From the NCBI GenBank assembly GCA_036172245.1, contig JAYWIR010000002.1, positions 1,178,001 through 1,242,000 on the forward strand: a stretch of DNA of 64,000 nucleotides. The letters run 5' to 3'. Source of the stretch: Raillietiella orientalis (Eukaryota). The position numbers and the translations under genes are program-made. Positions 11,335 through 25,700 of the stretch are shown piece after piece. Numbering within the stretch: the stretch's first letter is position 1; each line of letters opens with the position of its first letter. The notes below the pieces were generated by a model, which saw only the letters and a list, made by a program, of their open reading frames with translations, had not been told where the DNA came from and made no database searches.

Positions 11335-12075
11335 GGATGGCACTCGTCTTCTGGCAAATGTCCTCTTTGGACTAGCCACCAACGGAGTCATCCACGAGGT
11401 GCGAGTCCTCGAGTACAAGCGCTCCATGCAAGGGTGGATAACCCACAGGGCTCGCGAGCTCTGGCAAGCCCAGGGAGCGCAGTGGTCCAGGGTCAGCGTC
11501 CTAGCCGACAGTGTGCAGATGCCGGTCGCAGTCACCTCAGAGGAAGCGCTGAGCAGGACGTGGGCAGGTTACGTTCAGGATTGCCTCCTGCTGTTTTATC
11601 ACGGGAGCATCCTGTGCGGGACGAGACTCCGACGCTGGACCGACGACGACCAGTGCCTGGCTTGAGGATCGACAGAAGACGACCTCCATCGATACACCTG
11701 CCGCATCCTTGTCCGCATCCTTGGAAAGGTGCTGTGAACCATCGGATTGGACAACACCTCGAATCTGGAAATCTTGCAAGGGCTGTTAGAGAGCGAAGAC
11801 GGATTGCCCCGCTATAACCCTACTGTACGGGTGATCATCTCCTTCTTCCTGAGGAGCATCCTCATCAGAAGGACGGGCTGCACGTGCAACGCCCGGGACG
11901 ATCTGCAAGGAAGAAAGAGATCGGCATTCGTGCGTGAGGGAAGGTACCATCTTGGACTCTCCAGCACTGCCTGAGGATACTGTAGTGCCGACTAGGACGA
12001 GTGAACCGCACTGACACTAGAGACGACCGACGAGTCGCCAAAGTGACAGTACTTGTTTGTTTGTTTAATAAATTC
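11335..12075 (+). mobile_element. L1/Tx1-like non-LTR 3' fragment
   Basis: zf-RVT-like HGSILCGTRLRRW..DQCLA*GSTEDDLHRYTC; ends with (TTTG)n followed by AATAAA at ~12066. GC-rich compared with its flanks. Confidence 0.55.
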
Positions 12076-12832
12076 ACCCCATCGCTTGTCGGACTGGGGA
12101 AAAAATGGAAATTTTGAATGTGAATTTGATATAGAAGCAGTAACAAAGTATGCAATGATATTGCAGTAAAAATAAACATTCTATCATAGGAAATCATTCA
12201 GCAGAAGTTATAATTGCACTTTGTTTTTCATGCAATTAAGAATTACTAAAACAATCATATTCTACACGCATAGTATCATGTTACGTATAATGAAAGATAG
12301 CGATAATCCTAAAAAATGCATGAAATTCAAAGATATTTCTGAACTTTTAGGTTTTTTGAACAAATTTCGATTTTGGGGCTATAATTTCTTGAAAAACACA
12401 TTAGTGCTCACACTCATATTGTTTTCTTAAGAAATGAAAGATATGTTTATTGAAAAGTTTGAAAGATTGACTTGACTCTGGCATGCACTCACTATTATGA
12501 TAGTATTTTCCACCATAGCTCATGTTTGAAAACTCATTTTAATAGTTCCACGAACAATAGAGATAAGGGATTTCTGATGAAGCTTGAAGTATTCATTAAG
12601 TGGTTATAGGATCGTATAATTGGATTCAGAAATACAAACAATGAAATACAAGTGCACTGTGCTTTTCTTTCAAGTTCCTTTTAATTTAACATCAGCAATA
12701 CCAGCTCAGCCCCATAAAAAGTTTGCCGAGTTCCCATATGTGCTCATCGTATTGTTTTGCGAATTGATTATAGGGAATCTGGTAAACCTGACATTTCCAA
12801 TGTTTTTACGGTTGATGACAACGTGCGTGCAG

Positions 12833-15800
12833 ATGGGAGTTGCAGAGGAAGTTTCTCAAATGGATAGCGTCCACAGGAATGTAAGTGCTCACTTCAAAAA
12901 CAAAAGCTTTTTCATTGTTTGTGGTAGCATTTTCTTAGGTTGTTCGATTGTAGTTTTTCAATATTTTTTTGCAAGAAGTCTCGAAATTGTTAGCTTCAGT
13001 TAGAATGATTGCTTATTGATGTTAGTAAGCTTTTGACAAAAACATCGTTAGGCTAGTAGAGGTTTCAGAATAGTCAGTGAACTGTAAACAGGTATCTTGG
13101 ATGATTTTTAAGTATCTGTAACTTAATTGAGTTGATTGGATTGTTTTTGCCTTTCGGGATTAATGTATCCCGCGTGCATGTATAAAACTTCTACCGTTTT
13201 TAATTACTGGAATTTCGGAAGCAAAGTACTGCTTTTACTAAAGGAGCATCCGGTTTTGACTCTTATATGTAGGTGTAACTTGCACAATTGTACTGAGAAA
13301 CCAGTACGATTCAAATCTTTGATTTAAAATGCACTAACAACGAGAGGATGCAGCCAGTAGAACTGTGGCTGGCTTTGGTTACCTAATTTCCCAAAATTGT
13401 CCACAAATGTATATGTGTGAAGGATGCATGAAGTTGATTTTCATGTACCTTCTGCATACGCAACTTAATGCAGATTTTCGCTGGGAGCTATGATGAGAAA
13501 AGTGACGATTGTTCATTCATTATGCACAGTTCTTTGCATTCATCATGAAAAATTCAGCCACAAGACAGAGTTTTTCACAATTCAGTAGCCATTGTTGGAA
13601 TTTTTTTCATAATCAGCGTACTTTGTATGTCAGTTGAGAGTGAAAACACTAGAAAATTTATTTTCAATTAATTTGCATCTAAAATAGACCATAACTCTTT
13701 AGGAAACAGAGCTCATGGTTGTAATACAGTGTTAATTCAATAAGGGATTCATCATAACTGTGTTTTAGTATGAAATGAAAAGTTTCTTTACAGAAAACTA
13801 CTATTTCATCCCTGCACCCATTCCTTATCGTAGTTTTATTTTCCAAATCTTCATTTAATTGCAAAATTGCAAGTAAACTGAATGAATGAATTTCATGAGA
13901 ACAACCAAATTTATTGGTAATTAATGTAGCAGTATTTTCTGAGTTCATTATTATGAAAGTGGATTGCAATGATAGTGTAATTTATTATTGTTTACTTAAT
14001 TGCTGCAGTTGGATAACTATGCATTTAACATTACTTATTGATTTAATAATGAATTATCTAATTATTTGTGAAAATGTTGAAATCGCTGTTTAGTATTTTA
14101 TTATATTTCATATAATAAATTATTTGTCAAGCATTTGCCTATTGTACAAAATATTTGTTTTTTCTTTCGTTACTACTTTGCTATATGGTTTGATGGTAGC
14201 ATGTAGTGCCATATTTGCTTATGTGCAGTTGCTCAATACAAATTGTACATGTTTCATATTGGTTTTTGTAGAAAATTACTGAAGTGGAATTTCATCAATT
14301 TTTGCTATTGCTTATCATCAGTGCTTTATCTTATCCATCTTGTAAGTAACTGACAGGTTCTTTTATTTTTAGGTGGAGAGTTCAGTGAAGGCAATCTTTC
14401 AATTGCAGCAAACTTTGAAACCATCAAAAGTTCAATTATTTGATGCAAATAAACAAGCAATACGCCTGCAAATAACATGTATAAAATTGATTCCAAAAAT
14501 CAAAAGATTAATGAAAATGTAAGTAACAGTGACATTGCATTTTCCCAAAATAAAAAAAAAATTAAGCATGATCTAAATTTCAAGGAATGTAACTTTCAGC
14601 TGGTGTGGGAAAATCTATTTACCATGTGCGGAATATGTGCTATATTTCTAATTACCTTGGCAGTGAAATAAAGAAAAAAATGCAAATGAGTGAGTGGAGG
14701 GTGAAAAATGAGATGGGCATATTTTGGAGACGAAAAAATGTTGGAGGAGCAAGATATGATGAACACTTACGAATGTTGCAGAGAATATTTTAGTAATGAC
14801 TTGGTTGGCCCAGAATAATGTTTGCCCTCTAGATAGAATATAAGCTAGGAATGTGGTTATTGCTAAAAAGCAAGAAGTAATAGTCCAAGTGTTCAATTTG
14901 AGATGCCTATCTAAGACAAATAAAAGTTGCATGAAAGATAAAATAATTTAGAACTCCTATGTCCAATCATCCCTTTGCTAACCTTCTTAAAGCATGTCTT
15001 CTATAATTGCAAAATCTGTATGGGTTCAAAAAAAAGTGACCCATACAACCTCATGTCACTTTACTTTTTAGGTTGCAGACCATCTCACAGCTCTAGCTGA
15101 AGGTTCCCTGAAGTTCTTGTATGTCTGTCATCATTTTTTTATCCATTCTGTTCTGAAGTTCTTGGTTCCATCTTTTTCACTAGCCTGCCCATTAATGTTT
15201 TCCTTACTTGCCTGAAAACTTACCTTGTTTACATAGAAGGGATTTTCATACCTCCTTTATTTTCAAGGAAATATCCATGGTTAATCTGAGACTTATTGTG
15301 CTACTCTCCTTACTTACTGTGCTACTTTAAACTTCCATATCAACAACTTATTGTTTTACCTTCAAAATCTTCTTTCTGTTGTATATTTTTTAATCTCAAT
15401 TCCATGTATCTTTTCAGATAGTAATACCAACTGTATTACACACACTATCCTTTCTCAGTTCACCCTTCAATCCTTCCATTAAAGACAAGTCTCACACAAA
15501 ACTAACCATCCATTCCCTCACATCTTCCATTATTTCCTACTACTGCTTATACCTTTCCTGTTCTAAGCTTTTGATTGGATTCCTCTTAATTTATCCAATC
15601 TCCATTTGTTATGATATCCCAGAGAGGTTTTTTTGTTTTATCAGATGAATGCCCAACACCAACAGCTAATTCTGCATATTCACACAAATTTTACCTTACT
15701 GCCTTAGCTATCTCATCTTTGCCCCCATTTTTCACATTCTTCACCCATCAGTCTCTGTCCCAGCCTTCTAATGGTATGCTTTCAAAAGGAAAGTTTCAGG

Positions 15801-17672
15801 AGTCTTATATTTTTTTATACCCTTTGTTATTTTCAATTCTCATTTGACTAAGACATCTTCATCCAGCTGCACATTAGACAAAAAAGATATGGGGCTTCAC
15901 ACGATTCTACTGCCATAAATTTTAGTCCTAGTTCAAAGCTAAGGATTAAAGCAAATCTGTGGTTTGGAATTTCTGATTGTGCAATTATGAATACTTGTTT
16001 TGCAAATTTTAACCTATCTTTTTAATGACAATATCAACAATCAACGATTTGTTGAAAATGTTTTTCATTGTCATTTGTTTATGCATTTTAAATTATTGAC
16101 TTTTTATAGGAATGTGATTCCATTTTGATGAGTAAATCTTTTGTAAATAATTATTTATTTTGCTACATTAGTGTCCAAGAAAGACAATGAGTGCAGGATA
16201 AAGATTGTTGTGGTTATTTCATTATTTGCCATCGTTTTATAGTATTTATTGCCTTTAATTAGATTGTTTTAGCTGGACAATCACGTTCTTTTTCGTTATA
16301 TATTCGTCATTTAGGTGAGAAACAGGATATAATCAGGTTTAGGTGTATTGCATAGATGAACTATATGATCAAGTCTGTATGCCAAAGAAAAGATTGTAGT
16401 AAATTGTTTATATTTTGCTGTTTAGGGATGTCTTTGCCCAAAAGCCTTCGAATATTCGGAAATGGATATTATTTAACTGCACATTTTTTGTTTTCAAGTA
16501 GCATAAAAATTTTAAGGATAATAAGAAAGCTGTGGCCGAGCATAAATATATCGTCAAAAATATTAATTTTTACATTTCCAAGATATAGAATTACGAGCAC
16601 ATGTTTTCTTGCTTGTGGGTTTGAATGAATTGTAAATTCATTTTTGTCTGCATAAAAGTACTGTGTTCTTTTCATGATCTTAATATTTTCTTCATATTTT
16701 TAGAAAATTACCACACTGTTTGTATGAGCATGATGCTGAAATTTGCTTGTTAGTCGCTGATGATGCAGGTATGGATCCAGAGGATAAAGTCAATCAGGTT
16801 AAAGAATATTTGGCTTCCCATAATATTACTTCAATTGATAAGGTTTCCTGTGAGTGTCATGTTATACCAGTGTTCATGCTTGTATGCTAGGTAGTGACCT
16901 TGAAACAAATCAGAACAGAATATGAGCCCTATGAATGTAGAAGACGGCTTTCCAGAATGTATGATGTATTCTTAGCAGAAAGATCTTTAATTTCACATTT
17001 GCCTAAAATCCTTGGAAATGCATTTTATTCACGACATAAGTAATTGTATACAGCATAAAACATCAATTATTGTTGTTTTAGGTTTCCTATTCCAATAAAT
17101 TTGCATTCAAATAATTTGAAAGATCAGCTTCAGCAGTGCCTCTGCACAACTTTTCTTCCTGTTCAGGGCAAGGGTTCATCAAGCATGGTTACCGTAGGTG
17201 AATTGTGCATACAAACGTTTTTTGTTTTTTAAGGTATAATCCAAATAGGGAATTCTCAACAGACAGAAACACAAGTAGTTACCAATATCAAGACTGTACT
17301 CAATAAAATTGTTGAACAGTTTCCTGGAGGTTTTGCTAATGTTCGAAGCCTCTACCTCAAAATGGATGGTGTTGCAATAGCTATTCCATTTTATGCAAGT
17401 TTAAGTACGTCTGTGATTGTTGTACTTCATCAGCCAATTTTAATTGTATTTTATCAATCATGTTAGAATCGAATAATGAAATACAGATTCCTAACATCAA
17501 GAAACCATTACCAGATAAATTTGAAGAACTAAGTACACAGGAAGGAATGTTAGTCAGAATAACAGATCAGAACCAAATTCAACTGAAAAGGGACAGAGCA
17601 TGGAAATCATATGGGCCAATGTCCTCAAAAATGATGAAGCGGTGTGTCAAGAATCCACCTGTCACAACATAA
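12833..17672 (+). CDS. RSL1D1: Ribosomal L1 domain-containing protein 1 (RSL1D1/CSIG/Cic1-like), 7 exons: 12833-12880, 14373-14518, 16704-16842, 16891-17039, 17082-17197, 17249(or 17234)-17404, 17467-17672
   Basis: All introns are GT-AG and phase-compatible. Spliced product: MGVAEEVSQMDSVHRN-VESSVKAIFQL...IKLPHCLY..DAEICLLV...VVTLKQIRTEYEPYECRRRLSRMYDVFLAE...LPKILGNAFYSRHKFPIPINL...FPGGFANVRSLYLK...IPFYASL...ELSTQEG...*. Exon 1 is less certain than the others. Confidence 0.88.
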
Positions 17673-18249
17673 ATACTATTTTGAAATACATTTATATATG
17701 TTTTTGTATTGATGTTTTATTTGCATTACAAGAATTAAATCTGAGTAGAAGGAGGCGAACACTAGTCTCTGATTCGAACTATCAGTTTGTAGAACAAGTG
17801 GATGTAAGCAGACAGTAAAAGCTGATAGTGCAAGATTGGAAAATTATCCAGACTGACCACTGGGAGTGTCGGCTACAACATCTTTTATTTTCCTCACCTG
17901 GTATGAAGATGGAAACTGTCAACAGAAAGCTGTCGCCAGAGATTTGTGTAGTAGTCTTTAGGTGCTTTTAAAGCATCTACTACATGAATTGTCTTCCTAG
18001 AAAAACAGAGGACCCTCTATAACACATTCACAGAAAAGTGAACAAGTAAGGGCAGGGCCAGATACAAAAGAACATCACGGAGGAAGCAGACGCTTTTTTA
18101 TCCTCTGCTTACAATCTTGCAGTCTCCATGTCAGTAGTCTGCCTCTGATGAGTAAGCTTGCAAGGGGCCTGGTCAGTTTTGTTTTTCAGCCCTCCAATAG
18201 CAGAACTATCTTGCTGATCGTGAAGCCAAATAGAAGCCTCCGTCAACCT

Positions 18250-18620
18250 GCTCGTGGTCACCTCGAGCAAAACGCTGATGTTTCATACGGCCAGATGGAT
18301 CATGTGTGAGAAGGCCATGAAATGATTAAAATGGTAAATGGTTAAAATGGGAAATATTGAAATGTCGGGAAATGGGTGAATGTATAGGCAGATTCTTATG
18401 CAGATTTCGCAAAGAAAATTACATGACTTGTGCACCTGATGCCCTAGCGATCTGATCTGTGAAGGTAGAATTTCGGGTGCATCCAAAGTGCCCAAACAGT
18501 AGTGTAATCATAGACAGGATATTGAGGAAAATGAATTAGTGGCTCCTAGGATCTCTCAAGAAAATCAACCTACCTTGGATAAAATTCTCTTGATTATGGG
18601 CTCAAAGTTTCCGCAATGCT
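18250..18620 (-). mobile_element. Penelope-like GIY-YIG endonuclease remnant
   Basis: C.(P)KFYL..SDR*GIRC..H then RNLHKNLPIHSPISRHFN..HGLL, matching the C.K.YIG.T.R.L..RF.EH...I....PV..HFN pattern. Confidence 0.55.
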
Positions 18621-20049
18621 TTTAAATTCTATCACAAATCACTTGCTTGTGTAAAGAAGTATGCACATCTATAACGGGTAGTAAGAACTACACTCACTCA
18701 CTCTGATGCACAATAACTGTATTTTCTCACAAATCAGACCTTGGGCAATGGGTTTCATTGAAAATTTCTTATTGCATGAATTAAAAACTACCGATTTCAT
18801 AGTTCGCGGTCAAAGAATCTCATGCACTGAGGAAATACCTGCGGCTATGCTTCGTGAATGAGAGGCACTCAGCTGTTACGTCCACATTCACGCTGAGTAG
18901 TAGTTTTAACTCACAGTTACGTCACTGACTAATATTTATCATAAATTGCATAATCAAAATAACCCCTCTCTTGGAAGTGCTTTTGAGATGGCACGAATCC
19001 TCCTGCTCCCTTCTGTGAATCCTCTCCCTAGACTTTTTCATCCCATTCGAAAATTCCCTTACGTTCATTGAATTTCCACGTGCTCTGATTTGGACCACTA
19101 CGCTCCCTTTCGCTGATGCCCTTTCCAGAGATCAATGATGGAGATCGACACCGAAATGGCAGTACCCTTATCAGAATTCTATTTCAGTGTCTGCTTCTCG
19201 CTTTGGACCCTTATTTTTGCAGAACAAGGAAATCACAGATTGTGGGAGCACATTGCATTCTTGATGATCGATCAAAGTCTACGATTCCATCCAGGTTCTT
19301 CCATTTTTTGAAAGTCGTCACAAACGAGACCGCTTCAAATGAGGAGGCAGCTTCCTCCTGTCTCTTCTGTGTGGTGAAGCACAAGGAAGCCCCAAAAACA
19401 TGAAACGCAAACCCAATTTAACTAAGGCTTCTTCTGAGTTTCGGCATTTGGCACAGCGTTGAAGGAGGTAAAAACACTCATCGGTGAACACGTGACTTTT
19501 CAATTACCAAAGTTTGCGAAAATGGGCCGACCCGGAAATGAGAGTGATTCTGTGTCTCATACTGCAATTTGGTGGGGTGCATGAGTGTGCCGTTGATGAA
19601 AAGCCTTCAACAGTGGATCCCTTTTGCTTTACGAATATCCAAGAAAACAGAAAGTTCCCATTGGAACCAGTGAAACCTCTCTTAGGTGAGTCTCAGACGG
19701 CAGTCAGGCTGATTATGTCCATAGCCAGGACACAACTTTTTCTTTCTCTTTCCCTTCGGAATCCATCCTCACTTTGCGCTTCCACTTCCGTGCTTGTGAA
19801 ATCAGGGAAATCTTTCGGAACCCAAAGTGTGTCATCCGTTTCTACGTCAGGGCTGTTACGTCCAAAATGTCGTTACCTACTGAGGTGCATCTCGAGAAGC
19901 CATGAAGGGAGTCTTTCTTTAGTGATAAGTCATCTGGATGTTCTTTGGAGTTTTCGGGAAACTGGACATCTTGTCATATCTAAAACACACGGGATCCCGT
20001 TCTTCTATTTAACATCAGGAAAGAGAGCATAATATCTTTCTTAATATTG

Positions 20050-21260
20050 CCGGTCTCAGGAAGGGTCTCAGGACTTCTAATTCGGCCTCAAATCCTTATT
20101 GATAGCATCAGAGCCGGGAAGAAGACATCATGGGTTAAAGAGTAAAGAGCGAAGTCATCGCTGATTAAAGTCGTTTCCAGAAAAATACCCACTTCCCCCT
20201 TCATAAGTCGATCTCAAATATCAAGGTGTGGTAGGTGCCGTTGCGAGCACTGTTAAACCTGCATTGCAACTGCGAACTGTTGCTATTTAATCCTCTCTGT
20301 AGCTGCTCACTGACCCTCTAGCTTTCTTTTTGCCGAACAGTTCAAGTTTGCATCTCGATTACAAACTCACAAGGAATAAAACATCGGAGCTACAGGTCTC
20401 TTACAAGCAAAAGTTTTCGAGTCTTCTGCAAATCCCAAGAAGTGCGCTGTCTTTCATTCACTTGTTTTCTGTTTCCTTACATTCTTGTATCCATGAACTC
20501 TGGACATATTTGGTTCAAATCCTGCTGGGTGAGTGCATCAGATTTCAGAATTCATTGGACGTCAGACTCTTTCTACAACTTCACAGAGGTTGCCATCGTC
20601 TCCATGAAGAACTTGTGTACTACTAATTTTTTCCCGAATGCTCCCTTGAAAGCTCACTCCTGCAGCTTTCATATGACCCTTTCAGATGCTATTCTTGTAG
20701 ATGCCTTCCAGACGAGATGTTTCTAGTAATCATGTCTTTTTATCTTCGGTCGCACGCTGTTTGTACAAGTAAATTCAATTTTTTGTTCATGTTCTGTTCG
20801 ATGCTGAATTTTAGAATTCTCGGAATCGTGATACCCCTTTGCACCCCTTGTGTGAAAGAAAAGTTTTGATCGATATCTGGAAATGTGCCATCCAGTAAAC
20901 CATCCTTGCATTCCTCTACGCTCCCATCTACATTTTCATAAATGCTGATACTACTGTTTCCGATTCCTATGAGGGGCTCCACACCCTGCACAGATTGTAA
21001 GAAACTTTGACAGACTCGGCACGAGTTTCTGAGCTGTTGCAGATTATTTTCCTTCCCCGCAGAAACACAAGACAGGTCCTTGCTTTGAAAATTCCATTCT
21101 GCTGCAGATAGTAAAGGGATCCATTTTCCCATCTGGTCTACTTAGCATGAAATACTATCCGCTGCAAAGGTCGTTCCTAACTGTGTACTACATAATAAGT
21201 CAACGAACATGAAATTCTCTTTTCACTGGCTGAGCCATAAATTAATTGCGACTGCTTCCA
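20050..21260 (-). mobile_element. Decayed hAT (Charlie/SPIN-like) transposase
   Basis: LLDGTFPDIDQNFSFTQGV..ITIPRILKF resembles LDESTD..D.AQL..F.RGV...I.EE.L. SDVLF..(V)..SR.K.LE.F resembles the L...EVRWLSRG.L.RF motif. Many lesions. Confidence 0.45.
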
Positions 21261-22429
21261 GCTATCTGTTAATTAGAAGACAGGAAGAGTTTGCCAGTGT
21301 CGGTTGTGTGATTTACACATCGTTCATCTGATTCCAATTCCATTCTAACTTTGCAGCTTTGAATAGCACAAACCGCATCGTAGTCACACACCGGGATTCC
21401 CGTTCAAAGGTCACCGGGCTGCAGTCAAGCAGTCTGACAAAGAACTCGGTGTTCTATTCCAGACTGCAACAGGGAAAAGTTAGGCCTGCGATCCCAAGTG
21501 CTCCTGAGATCCTCTTGTGATCTTCACGTGCCTATTTTTCTCCTATGTGAAACATTGTTTGGAACGGTATTTTCATTCTTCGTGGATTTCTAGATTGCAA
21601 GGCGAATTCCTTGCTTCAGGCCATTCTCATTCTTGATTCTCAGATTGATCAGGCAATCTTCCCGCTTGCACCACGGATTCTTCGCAGCACGAAAGGGGTT
21701 CGTAGTGTCGATTCGTAGCCTTGTGTAGTTTTTGGAAGAAAAACCGTTTAGAGAGCGCAATGCTGACAGATGACGAATCATCTTGAACAAAAGCCAACAG
21801 AACTACGAAACTCAGCTCTCAAGTGGCCGGGTAAGTTTTAAATTCTAAGATTAGCTTGTAGTTGTGGCGATCCTTAGTTGGGGGCATTAACGTTTCTTTC
21901 ATGAAGGAGGAACTTGATTTTTGGAGAGAAAGGATTCGGTTGTCTTCACCGATATCCACCTCACTGATCTGAAATGCAAGGCGATCCCTCAGGAGTTGAT
22001 GCGAAGAAATTTCGGTGAACCGCTACGAAAATTTCGTTTCACCTTTGCCCTCAAATGGGAACTTCGTTCCAAGTGGTGTGAACCAATGAAATGAAATTTC
22101 TTTTCTTTTTTTTTTGGCACGATTTTCAGATTTTTTTTCTTGTGAAAGATCAGCAGCGTGCGTTGCTGAAATCGCTGAAATTCATCGTGCACCTCAGAAT
22201 GCTCATGCTGTACTTCTCTTTCATCATTTGTTATCGTCACTGTACCGTTCTCGAGATCATCTTTTATGTGAAATTCTCATCAGCCAACCCCAATCTTTCC
22301 CGTTCTCGTTTGAAACTCGTTGCCAAAGTTCCTGAGCTACTTACGTTACATGTGCCTTGTTTAGATTGGACCAAGAGACTGCCCCTCCTCTGCTGCCCAC
22401 ACTCACCAGTGATGGTCGTTCTCATGATT

Positions 22430-22700
22430 GTGATCCTCCTTGCGAGCTATAATGAGATTCTTGTCAGACCACTGATCCGCTTATTATCTTCAAACAGCAT
22501 CTTGAAACCACTACTGAAACCGCTTATCATCTGAAACACGTTATAAAAGGTGTTCGTCAATGAAGCACTCCATCACACCACTGGGTTTCTACTGAACAGA
22601 GGTAAGTTGCCTTTCATCTAGGGTAAATACCGGTTTATAGCATCAGTTTCATCCATAACAGTAGAGTAATGTGGGATTCAGTGAAGCGAAAAAACCGTTG
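22430..22700 (-). mobile_element. hAT dimerisation-domain remnant
   Basis: DAINRYL...LPLFSRNPVV*W...FSSG resembles ELD.YL..LP...DPL.WW...ERLFS.GG. Confidence 0.4.
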
Positions 22701-24849
22701 CAGTGCTAACATCATTTTCGAGTAGTTTTCTTTGAACAAGTGCAGCATCTGAACCTTGCAATGAAGAGTGCAGCCATCATGAGAAGGATTGTCTTCCGGG
22801 GTTTTGAATTTACTGTGGTGGCCGGATGCGTGATGCGTTCACTGTTATGATCACTTCGCTGCAGTTCGTGTCTTGTATTCGTTGCAACAGTTGCAGTAGC
22901 TTTCCTTTTTTTTTTTTTTTTCTCTCAATCGCTTTTGTTTTGGGATTACCCCAACTGTTTGTTTTCCGCTTTGCGGGTTCCACTTGCATTCTGCAGGTTC
23001 ATCAAGAATGGCATTAACACAGATTCCTCTGGGATCCTTTCACACAGTAGCTGTTGAGGGAAAAACACAGCGTGAAGTAAAACGAGGAAGGATCTAAGAT
23101 GATCATCTAGCTGAATCTTGGTTTCTCATTCAAGATCAAAATTATTTTAGAGGTGTTGCTCGTAAACAAAGATATGCACTCGTGCCACGGCTTGCAAATG
23201 TGAAGGAGAGAAAGCGGATTATGGATCTCTTGCACATGAGATCTTCTGCTTCGATTCTTCGTCGGTGTCTGTTTTCTTACAGGATAGCTATTTTAAGAGA
23301 TTCTGAAACTTCTGGAGGGCTTTGCTGCCCTAGCTGCCCTCTCAGTTGCTGTTTTCTTACTTAGAAAAATTCAGAAGGAGGCATGCAGACTTCAGCCAAT
23401 CCTTGACTAGGGAGAAGTCTTGCAAAGAAAAAATACTCCTGTACACCAAGCATTGTTCGTGAATTCAGATGAGATGGTCTCCATAGACAAACATTTTCGA
23501 AACGAAATCTTGATGCTACTTTCGAAATACCAGTCTGCGATTCAATTTATTAATTTTCGAGTCAGCGCAGCGGGGCTGAATGCTCCGGGCAGGAAAAAAA
23601 CAGTCGGAGGATGCGCTGTCTGAATTCTGATTTCCTGCGAATGACTCACACCGTACATCAGGGAAAGAGAGATTTGTTTGCTCCGAGGTTCTCCGTTTCC
23701 TCACCCGCTGTTTGCTACATCATTCGTAATTCGTCGTGAGGATCACTGCACCCACCAGTCGTGGTCCCCGCGACATGATTCGGCTCATAGGAAGTTCACT
23801 ACGAAGACCACATGCTTATTTTGCTAGATGGAATTCCAGTTACTTTAGCAGTAATCGTGCACAAAAGTGATCTACGCCCCAGTCGCGTTCGCCATTATGT
23901 ATGAAGAAACTAAAGAAACTAAGAGCCAAGAGGATTGTGAAGGGAACAATAACGTAACGGCGATAGCAGCTGGATGGAATGTAGGATGACTCCTGGTTCT
24001 TAACATGCCTTCCTCGGGAAACAAGTTTTAAATTTCACCGCATTCAACTAGGACACACACACAAAAAATGTGTGTTTGAATTTCATGTCAGGCTTTTAGA
24101 GGTTGCGAGAAATACACTTTCGGGAGATTGTTCCTAAACAACTTAAGGAACAACCTTTAGAAAGAGAGAGGTTTCGGAACATTGCGAGCTTTGGGTGTGA
24201 GCCGGGATTCGAGTTTGCATTCCGGAGACCCTCAGTCTTTTCGAATGAATCGGCAACCTCAGCATTGGAGTGAAGCATTCCTCACAGCGCATCACTTCGG
24301 GAATGCAAAGAGGAAAAGGAATGCTGCAAAGAGGAAAAGGAATTTTTCCTTTCGGACTCCGGTCCTATGTTATCAGGTATGCGTGAGTTCCGAAGGGAGG
24401 AAATGCAGTCCACCGTTTGCCCAGACAGCGACTTCATCGAGTTCTCATAGACAGTGGGATAGATGCATAGTAATACCATAGCGCCAAAACAGCTGAAACG
24501 GTGAATATCAATGACCGGTGAGTATTCAGTATCGGCCATCTAATATCGACTCGATCCGTAGCTACGAAGCAAATCAGATTCCTATCGAGTACCAAAAGCT
24601 CAGCAGATAGTGAAGTAATTCCGATGAGCATGAGGAAACACTTTTTTTCTGCTGCCTACTACAGAACACCGGACTGTTAAAAATGCCTAATTAGATAAGA
24701 ATCGAGACAACCGAACAAATAGAGGTCACAAAGGTCTCTTTGTGTTCGGTTCTTTTTTTTTTGTTTCAACTGTAACACCATGCGTTAGCAGGGGACAACG
24801 ACTTGATCGTGAAGAACGCATCCATGCACCGAAGTGGCATTCCCTTCTC

Positions 24850-25700
24850 TCGGAGAACATCCCGAATCACTTTTTAGTTTCTAATCAAACATCGTAAATA
24901 CCACTCAAGCAACTCCTTGAATCCTTGTATGGCTTTGTCAAGAATCCCCGTGAACCGTGACTGTTCAGTAATGGAGCGCTAAACAGCCGTAGCTGTGGCT
25001 CAGATATTATCCACAATCACGGTTATCCAAGGATTTTCACAAGATTGCTGAAGTCGTCAAACTGGCTGATGATGCAGCGTATGAAGGCACTGTATAAACG
25101 CCAAGGAAACTAGGAAACCTGAAGACGGATAAGGGAGGTGACAAGCACACGGAAGCGGCTCATCTTCCAGCGTCTCTTGCGAAAGGGCTGCATTACTGGT
25201 GCACATTCCTTGATCTCGCTCACCTTGGTGTGCATAAAACACGGGGATGTCTCCCAGGCACACAAGGTCAGATTCTAAGTTTGAATCGCTATTAACATGC
25301 AGAAAGTGAAAACAGATTGTTTGTGTGTGATCCTTGTTCCTGAAATGAATGATACAGGGAAATTGCATTGCATTCACCTTCGTCCGCATTTCTACGCTGT
25401 GTTCTGTCTGAAGGAATGAATTTCAGAAAAAGGCTAAGCATGTAAAAGAAATCACATCAGTGGGTTCGATCCTAGTAACTGATAAATTCTCTCTTCGGTT
25501 TGATTGCACACGAGCATCACAAGCATCTTATTTCAACGTGTGACAACCGAAGGCGTAGGACCTTGCCCTCTTCAACGCTCGTCTGGAACAAGAATTTTGA
25601 GCATGCAGAGACAGGCAACCGATTTGACAGAGAACTGAAAGCAGGATCAGTAATATGAATCGGATGGCTGCAAGTCTATAGAGCTGCAGATAGCTGACAG
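24850..25700 (-). mobile_element. Second, highly decayed Tigger/Jerky-like transposase
   Basis: Remnants RIT, HPRV and ITVIVDNI*A, plus a D..I..FK-like segment, in DDE_1 order. Confidence 0.4.

Noticed and set aside
14650-15900. LINE remnant in RSL1D1 intron 2
   Set aside because: Strong purine/pyrimidine strand asymmetry suggests an old element, but no protein motif could be read.
17760-17800. Penelope-associated hammerhead on the minus strand
   Set aside because: The core reads CTGATAG...GAGAC, too degenerate to support.
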